Shown piece by piece: positions 53,053 to 64,000 of a stretch of DNA of 64,000 bases. Location of the stretch: assembly GCA_951406725.2 (NCBI GenBank), contig OX597825.1, forward strand, positions 62,620,001 to 62,684,000, given 5' to 3'. The number at the start of each line of letters is the position of its first letter. Position 1 is the first letter of the stretch. The position numbers and the translations under genes were made by a program. This DNA comes from Octopus vulgaris. Its lineage: Eukaryota. A model generated the notes under the pieces. That model was not told the DNA's origin and searched no databases. It saw only the letters and a list, made by a program, of their open reading frames with translations.

Positions 53053-53481
53053 AACCCTTTAAGGCACTATTACAACAATAATGGCCTAAAAACATGAAGC
53101 CTCTAATTCAGCCCAGATGGAATAAGAAATGCATACTTATAGAAATATTTCCAACATAAATAACTACAGCAGCCTAAGAATTATATTGAGATACACTCAA
53201 CAAAAGTAAGTGTAGAGAGCAATTGTTGCACTATAACCAAGTCCACTTTGCCCATCTCTGTTTTATGGTCAGCAGCTAAATTTATGAGAGTTCAAGAGAA
53301 TCTATGAGAGTTCAGAAATAGGACCGACTGCTGGTTAATGAAGGGATGGCAATGTGTCCAGACTACTATAATACACAGCATACATCACTGCATATGAAAC
53401 TATAGTGTGCCCTCCCCCCACCCACCTGAAAGACCAGGATACATACACACATTCATATATACACATACATGCATACATACA

Positions 53482-53668
53482 TTGATTTCTCAAAATTGAT
53501 ATTTAGGCAGTGCGTTACATATCCCAGGGCCCCAATAATTACAGGTATAAACTGGAACTTGTAATCTGGATAGAGTAACTGTAGATTTCTCAATAGTTCA
53601 GCATAAGTGTTATCTTTTTCACTGATCTTCAGCTTTGTGTTAACATCCGCAGGGCAGCTAATTTCCAT
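53482..53668 (-). mobile_element. Fragment of restriction-like endonuclease domain of an RLE-type (R4/Dong-like) non-LTR retrotransposon
   Basis: EISCPADVNTKLKISEKDNTYAELLRNLQLLYPDYKFQFIPVIIGALG fits the E..CP.D..K..EK..Y..L..IPVIIGALG pattern; embedded in (TATG)n. Confidence 0.8.
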
Positions 53669-53754
53669 GTATGTATGTGTGTGTATGTATGTATGTATGT
53701 ATGTATGTATGCATGTATGTATGAATGTATGTATGTATGTATGTAAGTATGTAT

Positions 53755-53785
<31 letters not shown>

Positions 53786-54752
53786 GTATGTATGTATGTA
53801 TGTATGTATGTATGAATGTATGTAAGTAAGTATGTATGTATGTGTGTATGTATGCATGTATGCATGCATGTATGTATGCATGTATGCATGTATGTATGTA
53901 TGTATGTATGCATATATGCATGTATACATGTATGTATGTATGTATGTATGTATGTATGTATGTATGACATTCATTATAGTAAAACGAGAAAAATAATTTA
54001 GTTTAATCCCTATAGAAAAATTGAATACTGCAACATGAAAATGAACAAAAATTTCTGAAAGTAAAGATAAACCAATACCTAATGTCTGATTGGAATAGAT
54101 ATAATCAGTAGCATAAGAGTACATACTAATTAAAAATTCATCTAAAATTGCTTTTAAATAATATTAAGAATAAATATTTGGTGAACAAACTACAGAACAG
54201 AGAGGATGGCATGATGTATTAACATTCAACATACTGAGAAAATGTTTGTTCCTCTACATCTAGAAAATCTCACCCCTTGATTACCTAATTACAAGAAAAG
54301 CATTATTTCTCTTCTGCTCAACATAAAGGGCTCTGTAAGCAACACTAATATCCAAGACAATTATCTGCGATTCTTACTTCTACTCCATCTTCTTGCAAAT
54401 TCTTCATTTGCCACATGTCCGAGAGCTTTATTTCCTCAACAATGTAATTAACCAACTAAACTGTTAACTAACTAATTAACTAATTATCCAAAAAAGCAGT
54501 TACTGCCTTATAAAACTAATTAACCAGCTAAACTGTTAGCTATGCATCACAAAACCTCTATGTCTGGATGATGCGCTTAAACAGTATACTCTATAATCAG
54601 CTTCTATTTCAACACAGTTATTTAGTAGTTCATTCTCTACACATAACTTCTTGGTATCTTGAAAGTCTGCGACAGTCTACCTGATACTAATATAAGAAAA
54701 TCAATTATTCCATTAACTACAACCATATTGGTTACAATTTCAACATAAATAT

Positions 54753-55125
54753 AGGCGCAGGAGTGACTGTGTGGCAAGTAGCTTGCTTACCAACCACATG
54801 GTTCCGAGTTCTGTCCCACTGCGTGGCATCTTGGGCAAGTGTCTTCTAATATAGCCTTGGGCCAACCAAAGCCTTGTGAGTGGATTTGGTAGACGGAAAC
54901 TGAAAGAAGCCCATCGTATATATGTATATATGTGTATGTATGTTTGTGTGTCTGTGTTTGTCCCCCTAGCATTGCTTAACAACCGATGCTGGTTAGCGGT
55001 TTGGCAAAAGAGACTGCTAGAATAAGTACTAGGCTTACAAAGAATAAGTCCTGGGGTCGATTTGCTCGACTAAAGGTGGTTCTCCAGCATGGCCACAGTC
55101 AAATGATTAAAATGAGTAAAAGAAT
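54753..55125 (+). mobile_element. SINE family A, full-length
   Basis: Complete head and tail with a small internal deletion. Confidence 0.9.
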
Positions 55126-55459
55126 AAATCAAGTATCACTCATTCTCTGAGAGGTTTATGGTTGAACCTGGTGCAGTGCAGACCTTCAGTATGCTTGGAC
55201 CCCAGACCATGTTGCTGCTCACTGTTATTGGAGTGGAGATGGCTATCTGCAAATGCAAGTCCTGTGAATCAGAGTGGCTGTTCCAGTGCATCTCCATCAT
55301 CATCATTCAGGGCAACGTCTTTTTCATTTTGTCTGCTGGGACCATGTGTTGGTCTGAATCACAGAAAATTGAGAGAATGTAAGAGTTTCATAACTTACTA
55401 CCTGCAGTTGGTCTTTGTATATTTAAGTAGTAAATTGTGTTTGATAGATTAGAGAATGT

Positions 55460-55676
55460 AAAGGTGGCGAGCTGGTAGAAACGTTAGCACACCGGGTGAA
55501 ATGCTTAGCGGTATTTCGTCTGTCTTTGCGTTCTGAGTTCAAATTCCGCTGAGGTCGACTTTGCGTTTCATCCTTTCGGGGTCGATAAATTAAGTACCAG
55601 TTGCAGACTGGGATTGATCTAATCGACTGGTCCTCTCTCTAAAAATTTTGGGCCTTGTACCTAGAGTGGAAAAGAA
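55460..55676 (+). mobile_element. SINE family B, full-length
   Basis: Head aaggtggcgagctgg, then core and tail variant gggccttgtacctagag. Confidence 0.88.
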
Positions 55677-55789
55677 ATTATTGAACGAAAATGTAAGCTA
55701 AATCACCAGAAGTTATAACGAAAAAAAGAAAAAAAAAAGATGTATACAAATTTCAGAATATTATTTAGGAAACATTAATGAAGTGTTAC

Positions 55790-55995
55790 GGAAATGTACT
55801 TGCATAGCAAGCGATCTGATCTGAGATTGCGTGCTGGAACAAAAACAATTGTAGCATGGAAGTTGTTTATAAGCCATTTAAGAAACACACAAAAACCGTT
55901 AGATTCACTTCAACATTTAAATTTAATTTGCCAAAATATTTTCGTCGCTTTGAGACCGCGACTTGTTCACTAACAAAATTCCGTGCTGCATCTCA
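55790..55995 (-). mobile_element. Penelope-like repeat fragment with G3-C8 hammerhead motif (55927-55977)
   Basis: Homologue of 4425-4572. Reads uuuguua-GUGAACAA-gucgc/gcgac-GAAAAUAUUU-uggcaaa. Confidence 0.6.
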
Positions 55996-56712
55996 TTAAT
56001 AAAGTGTTAAAATTTATTGACAATCATTCTGACCAATTTACATTCCTTATAGAAAACCAATATAGAAGGAAAATCTAAACCTTTTATAAAATTTCTACAT
56101 GTTATCTACAACAAAGGAACAAGGATAAGAAAGAAATAGTTCCATTTAATATTTGCAATATTTTTGAGGAAGTTTATGTAAATATTAACTCCTCTAAAAA
56201 AAAAATGCTGGCATTAATACAGCTCCAACAACTCACAAAAGAATATGCAGAACTGTTAAAGAAGATGGGTAGTCTTTTAATTATTGGTAACCATGAATGA
56301 GACACCATATTTTCCAGCATTTTAGCTGCTATGTTGAGAATTAAGTGGAGATACTTGAATTTCACAGGAAATTGTCAGTTTCATTTATCTTTCAATTTCT
56401 AATCCTTAATAATCTGATTCTCTCCATAAAATTCTGCATCAATTACTAAATATATATTCCCATATTAAGAACTACTACCATGTTTAGATATCCAAACTTT
56501 CCAGGAAGTGTAAAACTGTGACTTTTGATTAAATTGTAGAGCTTCTTGGTTAAGTGTGATATATGTACATTCTGCTTTCCTATGTATCTTTGGCAATATA
56601 TCCATCCATTCTGTATTGTTGATGCCTTTGATTCATGTAATGTATGTATGAAATATTTGATTTTCCAGCCATATGCTTTGGGGTTCAGTCTCACTGAGTA
56701 GCACCCAGAGTA

Positions 56713-57025
56713 TGAGAAGGTATCCAAAAGAAACCAGAATTTTGCAATATCTTATTTACTTTTATTACTTTTGAATTATTCTCCATTTGAAGCAATGCAT
56801 CGGTCAATACATGTTTTCCAGTATTCAAAGCAATCCCGGAACTCTTGCAAAATAGTGCTTTTTAATGTCTCCATCATTTCTTTTTTCACCACTTCTACCA
56901 TCTAAGACTTGCATAGCACCAGCTTTCGTCACCAGTGATAACTGTGATAACCTTCAGAAAATGGACCGCATCAACTCTCAACTGTTCTTTCAGTTTATGA
57001 CAAGCATTCAGTCATGAGTGCTTTT
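56713..57025 (-). mobile_element. Internally deleted mariner fragment
   Basis: Minus-strand VITGDESWCY is joined to the C-terminal EFRDCFEYWKTCIDRCIASNGE*; TIR-like end at about 56713. Confidence 0.8.
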
Positions 57026-57031
57026 GATCTT

Positions 57032-57256
57032 CTTATTTCTTTATTGCCCACAGGGGGCTAAATATAGAGGGAACAAACAAGGACTGACAAAGGAATTAAG
57101 TCGATTACATCGACCCCAGTGCATAACTGGTACTTAATTTATCAACCCTGAACGGATGAAAGACAAAGTCGACCTCGGTGGAATTTGAACTCAGAACGTA
57201 ACGACAGACAAAATAGCGCTAAGCATTTCGCCCGGCATGCTAATGTTTCTGCCAGA
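57032..57256 (-). mobile_element. SINE family B
   Basis: Reverse complement of the family B consensus. Confidence 0.88.
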
Positions 57257-58067
57257 GGTGGTGGTGGTGGTGATAGGGATGATAATGATGATGATGATGA
57301 CGCCGACTCGGAGGGTGTTGGTAGTGGTGGGGGTGGTGTTGGTGGTGGTGACGATGATGACATTGTCAAAATATAATAGATATGTCAAAGAAACTTATAT
57401 GAAACATGGAGCAATAAACTTCTAAGGATTTCTATCTTATCCATACCATACATAGAATTCGTCACATTTTGTTAATAAATAATCTTAAATCCTGAAATAA
57501 CATTCCTCATATGTATTTTCATCATAATTCTGATTATGAAATGCAAGCAAAATGTGGATCGATAAAGGATTGTGAAAGAACTAATAATTCAATTTCAATA
57601 TTTTCCGACTACGAGAAAAAGATATATAAATAAATAAAATATCTATGAGCAAAATGAAAATTGCAACAACAGATGAATTCTGCAGTCTTATTCATGCATA
57701 TAAAATACCAGCAGCAGAATAAATATTTTAATTAAAATACATGTAAATGTTTATAAGTTTATGCAGTTATTACACAATGAAGCCAGTATAATATTGTGTA
57801 CATGTACACAATTGTTATATGAATTTAGCTTGATATGTATGCAAGTGTGAGCTTCTGTTGTATTAAAGCATCAAAATGAAATGTTTATTATTATTGGATA
57901 TGCGTGTCTTCAAAATGTTGTGACCAATGGAAAAAGAAAATGTACTTTCTTGTTATCATTTGATATTAAAAACTTATTGAGATATCAAATCATGTACATG
58001 AAATGATATCATTATCTTCTGTAGACCCTCAAGTCTATTTTGATTACAGATAAATTCTTTGTGGGAC

Positions 58068-58467
58068 TACTCTTTTACTCTTTTAATCTTTTACTTGTTT
58101 CAGTTATTTGACTGTGGCATTGCCTTTTGTCAAGCAAATCGAGCCCAGTACTTGTTCTTTCATAAGCCTAGTACTTATTTTATCGGACTCTTTTGCCGAA
58201 CTGCTAAGTTACATGAATGTAAACACACCAGCATTTGTTGTCAAGCGATGTTGTGGGGACAAACACAGACACACAAACACACACACACATACATACATAT
58301 ATACGATGGGCTTCTTTCAGTTTCCGTCTACCAAATTCACTCACAAGGATTTGGTCGGCCTGAGGATATAGCAGAAGACACTTGCCCAAGGTGCCACGCA
58401 GTGGAACTGAACCCGGAACCATGTGGTTGGTAAGCAATCAACTTACCACACAGCCACTGCTATGCCG
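58068..58467 (-). mobile_element. SINE family A
   Basis: Matches the consensus; a plus-strand head follows at about 58543-58700. Confidence 0.88.
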
Positions 58468-58694
58468 GGGAACAAAATATTATGACAATAAAAACCAGAC
58501 CATATGATTTGAGATGTAGAAATATCAAATATAGATATAGTTGCAGGCATCTTTGTGTTGTAAGAAGCTTACTTCCCAAACACATGGATTTAAGTTCAGT
58601 CCCACTGTGCCACCTAAGGCAAGTATCTTCTACTATAGCCTCAGGTCAATCAAAACCTTGTGAATGGATTTAGAATATGGAAACTAAAAGAAGC

Positions 58695-58739
<45 letters not shown>

Positions 58740-58750
58740 GTTTATATACA

Positions 58751-58806
<56 letters not shown>

Positions 58807-59014
58807 TGTGTGTATTTTTCCCTTGTTAACAATTAACACGGAAAAATAGATAAATAGTTACCAGGGTAGCAAAAAATCACACAAGTAAAAAGGCTGTAAC
58901 TCCTTGTTTTTAAAGTTAGAAACTTCGGGTTTACATGAAATATTTTGTATAATATATATAAATAAAATATCTATGAGCAAAATGAAAAGTGCAACAACAG
59001 ATAAATTGATTTAT

Positions 59015-59071
<57 letters not shown>

Positions 59072-59388
59072 AACAAATGGAGTTTAACGCAGGTATAAAT
59101 CAAATACTTTTACTTTCGACATGTTTCGAAGATTTCACTGATATTATTCAAAAGAATAAATGGTATAATTTATATATGTGAGTGTGTATGTGTGTGTTTG
59201 TGTGTGTGTGTCTGTGTGTATGTGTGTGTGTTTGTATATATAAATCCTTCTTGGGACCACCTATTTTGGATTTATTAAATGAGGAATTCATTAACTGAGG
59301 GAACAAAATTAGCTGATTGAATTAACATGTTTATTTATTAAGATACATACCTATGTGAATAAATGAATAAAAAACATTATAAACAATG

Positions 59389-60210
59389 TCATTGAATGAA
59401 AAATTTGTTGAGTGTTGCTTGCTTTGCTAGATGCTTTGTTTGCATCTCTGATCTGATATTTTCCTTAAGAGTTCTCAAAGGATTCATGTCACTGGAATCA
59501 AACCATTCAAGGCCACTTTCTAAGCGAGTGAGATAGTGTCTCATTTCAGCTGATGTTGGAGGCTCTGGAATTTTTTCATCAACATCAAAATCGGAATTGT
59601 CATCTTCATCTCCTTCAATTTCCTTCTTAGATTGCCAGATGTTATGAATGATCTCGTCTAGTTTTTCTTCTTCAGTGATGATCTCTGGAGCAACAACAGC
59701 AGGAGGCGCAATGGCCCAATGGTTAGGGCAGCGGACTCACGGTCGGAGGATCGCGGTTTCGATTTCCAGACCGGGTGTTGTGTGTGTTTATTGAGTGAAA
59801 ACACCTAAAGCTCCATGAGGCTCCAGCAGGGGGGGGGGGGGTGACGACCCCTATTGTACTCTTTCGCTCCAACTTTTTCTCACTCTTTCTTCCTGTTTTT
59901 TGTCCCCAACTTTCTACGCAACCGCTGAGCCTGGATGCACATTCATCAATCTGTCGATGCTCTCGGTGTTGGGGGTTGACCTGCTTTCTCTTCTGCGGGT
60001 CTTACGAATAGCAAAGGACCATGTTTCAGACTTTTCCCATCTTGCGAGATCTGGGACGAAGACTGTTTGCTCAACAGCAGCAGCAACAGCAACAGCAGCA
60101 ACAACAGCACCATTATTGTATGGTTCAGATTTGTAACATCTTAACAAATGAATCTTATCTGCCATGGATTTGTCCCACCTCTCTCTTTCCATTTTGAACA
60201 TTGTGTACAA
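59389..60210 (-). pseudogene. pogo/Tigger-like transposase C-terminal reading frame split by a SINE
   Basis: ..NNGAVVA|PEIITEEEKLDEIIHNIWQ..EGDEDDNSDFD..PPTSAEMRHYLTRL..KQATLNKFFIQ*. The acidic tract and terminal KQxxLxxFF motif are typical of pogo/Tigger ends. Confidence 0.7.
59702..60097 (+). mobile_element. SINE family C variant with (CAA/CAG)n tail and TSD
   Basis: tRNA-like head; gcaacaacagca is duplicated at 59690-59701 and 60098-60109. Confidence 0.88.
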
Positions 60211-61296
60211 CTTGTGTGTGTGTCTGACTCACTGTGCAAATGATGAATGACATGTTTCTCCACCCCCTTAAATACTGACACAACTCACCAACTGTCAGGT
60301 GATACACTCCATCATCCAATCAATGAGAAGGGTGTGTAATTTTAACAAGGTGTCCTGGAGCCTACATTTTCGCTTGAATGACAGTATAGTGTGATAGACT
60401 CCAGTACCCCCACCCCAGCTACTACATATTTATCGATCTATTTTTGGATGATGGAGAGTACCATGTGACATGGCTGTGGTTGCTGGAGCCTACCTGTCAG
60501 TATTTAAGAGCAAAAAACAAACACTTCATTTGTTTGCTGTCACTTGTTGACACTTTAGGAATAAGCAGCTACAATTGAATTTATCAAGCAATGGTTTGGA
60601 TTTATTAAATGAGAGATTTTATGTGTATAAATATATGTATATATATATACAGACATACCTATAAATTTACGTATTTATATTCAGACATATGTACAAATAT
60701 ATGTATATAAATATAGAGATATATGTTTGCACTCCCACATACACGCATATATGTGTATATGCAGCAGTGCAAATGTATGTCAGTAATATGTATATATATA
60801 TATGTGTATATATATAGATATGTATGTATATATATATATGTATACTTATACATATAAATATATATGTATTATGCTACATGTAAGCATGTAAGCAACTATA
60901 TGTATATGAAGATGATGTTGCGTACATATATACACATATATATGTGTGCGTGTGTGTGTGTGTGTGGATATGTCTGCATGTATAAGTACGTACATGCATA
61001 TATGTTTGTGCGTGCGTGTACATTTATGTATACATGTTTGTGTTAGTGTGTACGTATGTAGACATTATGAATGCTGGAGGTTTATGTCTATGTGTTGTGA
61101 GAATACGGTTGCATGTATTTTCATCTTTTTTTCCTTTTGCTTTTTCCACCTATGAGAGTTACTTCCATTTGATTTAATGGCTTTTTCATAGTGTCTGTTG
61201 CCTTTAATAGCTGGCGAGAATGTATCATAACTCTTCGTACCAACATTCAAAACTCTGAGTACTATAATGACAACGTTTTACTGTTTTCTTCTCCTT

Positions 61297-61324
<28 letters not shown>

Positions 61325-61327
<3 letters not shown>

Positions 61328-61417
61328 TTATTATTATTATTATTATTCACTGCCTGGAATCGAACTCAGAGTCTTGGGATTAGTAGCCCACGCTCTTAAC
61401 CACTATGCCATATGCCC
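61325..61417 (-). mobile_element. tRNA-derived head plus (AAT)n, same family as 37788-38285
   Basis: Minus strand reads gggcatatggcatagtggttaagagcgtgggctactaatcccaagactctgagttcgattccaggcagtg-(aat)n, with A and B boxes. Confidence 0.75.
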
Positions 61418-62034
61418 ATTTGTTCTACATTATGACATATATAGATAATCCTCTATTTATCTAATATCAAGGTCTCATTCTTTTGTTGTTGTATTTTTTT
61501 ATTATTATCTATATATGTAAAACTGAGAATATGTGTCTGTCTGTATGTGCATATGTATGTACACATCATCATCATCATCATTGTTCGACCGTGGTCGAGA
61601 CAATGGAATTTACCATGCTACGCCAGACTTCACGGTCCATCATGGCATTACACATCACTAAAACTCAAGAACTGCCAAACCAAATTCTTTCAGATTTTAC
61701 ACATGCCTTAATTAGGGTACATGCAATGACATGGGCCAAAAAAAAATGTTGAAATTTTTGCCTAATGCAAGCCCGATGCAATCTCTTATCTCTTATACTT
61801 ATTCAGTTTTATGTGTCAAAAGTGAAACAATAACATCTCCATTGTAATGTGAGACAATAATTTCACTTTTAATCGTGAAAATATTAATACCTTCATTTTG
61901 GGTGTGTATATATATATATATATATTTAAAAATATATTTATATATATATATTAGTTTCATTTCTATAACTTTCATTATGATATATCTATGTAGGTATATG
62001 TACGTATGTACATGTATGCATGTATATATGTGTA

Positions 62035-62078
<44 letters not shown>

Positions 62079-62142
62079 GGTCCCGGGTTGAGTCGGGGTT
62101 AACCACAGTAAATAAGGTACTCAATACATAGCAGAGTAAATT

Positions 62143-62263
62143 AATTTATTTTATAGAAGGAGCTTCTACAGGACCAGAACTGTTTTATTCAAATGAAATC
62201 ACCAGGAAGCTTATTTGAATGAAACAGTTCTAGTCCTGTAGAAGCTCCTTCTATAAAATAAAT
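62143..62263. repeat. Inverted repeat (~52-bp arms) between (TA)n tracts
   Basis: atttattttatagaaggagcttctacaggac.. / ..gtcctgtagaagctccttctataaaataaat. Confidence 0.85.
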
Positions 62264-62366
62264 ATATATACATATATATATGTATATGTGAGTGTATATG
62301 TATATATATATATGTGTGCACATAAATATGCATATATGTGTATATATATATATGTATATATATATG

Positions 62367-62384
<18 letters not shown>

Positions 62385-62403
<19 letters not shown>

Positions 62404-62640
62404 GGCAAAATGTCTGTGTGTCTGTGTATCCTTTATACAAATCCACAGTTTTTCACGTAAAAGGCTCGCATTTTCTATGGGCTTTCAAAACTGTCTGAGG
62501 GTGGTTGCGAAGATATTTTCATTTCCCCGGTCACCCCAGAAAGACATTACAAAAATCGATAAACCGACCCCTTATGCCCATAAGTTATAGGCATATCCAT
62601 TCAAAATCGCTAAAACATAGAAATTTGTATGCGGTGAGTG
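62385..62640 (+). mobile_element. Possible Helitron-like 5' end
   Basis: tatatatataaatggcaaaatgtctgtgtgtctgtgtatcc resembles Helitron 5' termini. A similar start lies at about 61508. No 3' end identified. Confidence 0.4.
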
Positions 62641-63750
62641 CATACAGCTAGATACGCCAATAGACTGCCAGCTGGTTTTTGATTGGATGGAGATAATTTT
62701 ACCCTTGACAGTTGAATGCGCATGTGCATTTGCAGATAGTCTGTATAGCTAAGCGCATTTTTGTGTTTTGCGAAGATGCATTATCATGTGTTCTGGCTTT
62801 CAAACATGCATACTTTTTTGATTTGAGAAATGCAGGGAATAATTAATGAGTTAGACCATGTGAATGACAAGAGAGCGGGATTTTCATGAAAGACCAAATA
62901 GGCTTCATAAGCTATCATTCCTTAAGTCTGCCATGAAAGAATTGGAGCCTATTCAATGAATCTATTTAGGAAGGGCTTTACTTTTATGCCTTCGGTTAAT
63001 TTAAGTTATCCAGCGAGAGCCCAGGATGTTTTATTCAAGTAGGATTAAAAATGAAAAATGGGTAAGTTGACCCCACCAAGAGATTTTCATAAAAAACGTT
63101 TAGTTGTTTGTATTCAGCCTAAGATTGAATCATTTGCTACCTACAAAGCAGGGGCATAAAGTTATCAGGGTGATCCTTTTGGGGCAAGAAATCTTAATTT
63201 GATTCGAGTTTACCAAAATTGCCAATCAATCAGTGGAAACTCAATAAAACTATTCCTTGTGGGTTTCCACATTTAAATTGACTGCAACCTTTTTTTTTAG
63301 CCCTAACTTCAGGTACGAATGACCTAAGATACAAAGATTTTCTTAAGCGAAATTTCATGCTTTTGTGTTTTGAGATACGAATGAAAATTGAGATGCTAAT
63401 TAATTTCCAGTCACATTTTTCTGCTCGCTAGGAAATCTGAGAACATTGTCAGCCCTGATTATTCATTTCATTTTGTTGATGAAGGTTTGCTTTCATGGTA
63501 ATCTTTATTGATTTTCTAACATGCTCCGCCTTCATCTTCAACAAAGCCGCCAAATTTGCAATGATTAATTACCTAGTGGAGCTGTACCTCTGGATGGGCT
63601 CAGAATCTGCAGAGGCTCAGTCAAACACATTAAAAAACATATGCAATGGAAAGGTGAACATAATTTCCGGAAAGAAAGAAAGGGATTTAGCACAAAACTA
63701 GCTCTATAACCTGTTGTTGCTGGGTCATAATGCTAGTATGTATAAATATA

Positions 63751-63782
<32 letters not shown>

Positions 63783-63809
63783 ATGTATGCATATATATAT
63801 ATGCATATA

Positions 63810-63867
<58 letters not shown>

Positions 63868-63884
63868 GTGTATATATATATATA

Positions 63885-64000
63885 GACATGGACATAGCTG
63901 TGTACTAAGAAGTTTCCTTCCCAACCACATGGTTCCAGGTTCACTTCCACTGCATGGCACCTTCGGTAAGTTTCTTCTACTATAGTCTTCAGCCAACCAA
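63885..64000 (+). mobile_element. SINE family A head (runs off window)
   Basis: cccaaccacatggttccaggttcacttccactgcatggcacctt..cttctactatag. Confidence 0.8.

Noticed and set aside
55135-55353. Selenocysteine or readthrough at the in-frame TGA of a minus-strand frame
   Set aside because: No SECIS, no readthrough context and no recognisable protein on either side of the stop.

Overview
This is a repeat-dominated, AT-rich eukaryotic window. The tRNA-derived SINE families and the very dense (TA)n/(CA)n/(TATG)n/(GAT)n microsatellites suggest an octopus (coleoid cephalopod) genome; this is an inference. I found no recognisable intact cellular gene, and almost all ORFs in the track are microsatellite or SINE artefacts. 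The window holds dozens of SINE copies from at least three families, RTE-clade LINE remnants, an RLE-type LINE fragment and a probable solo LTR. DNA transposons include three Tc1/mariner remnants, a pogo/Tigger remnant and MITE, piggyBac-like MITEs, Helitron pieces (including a PIF1 helicase pseudogene) and a fold-back element with TTAGGG-like repeats. The most notable signal is a set of minimal type I hammerhead-ribozyme folds in several unrelated Penelope-like or retrozyme-like repeats. They include copies where the C3-G8 tertiary pair is compensatorily replaced by G3-C8 or U3-A8, and a tRNA-headed SINE-like element that carries a hammerhead. Repeat coordinates were read by eye and are approximate to a few bases; no database search was possible.
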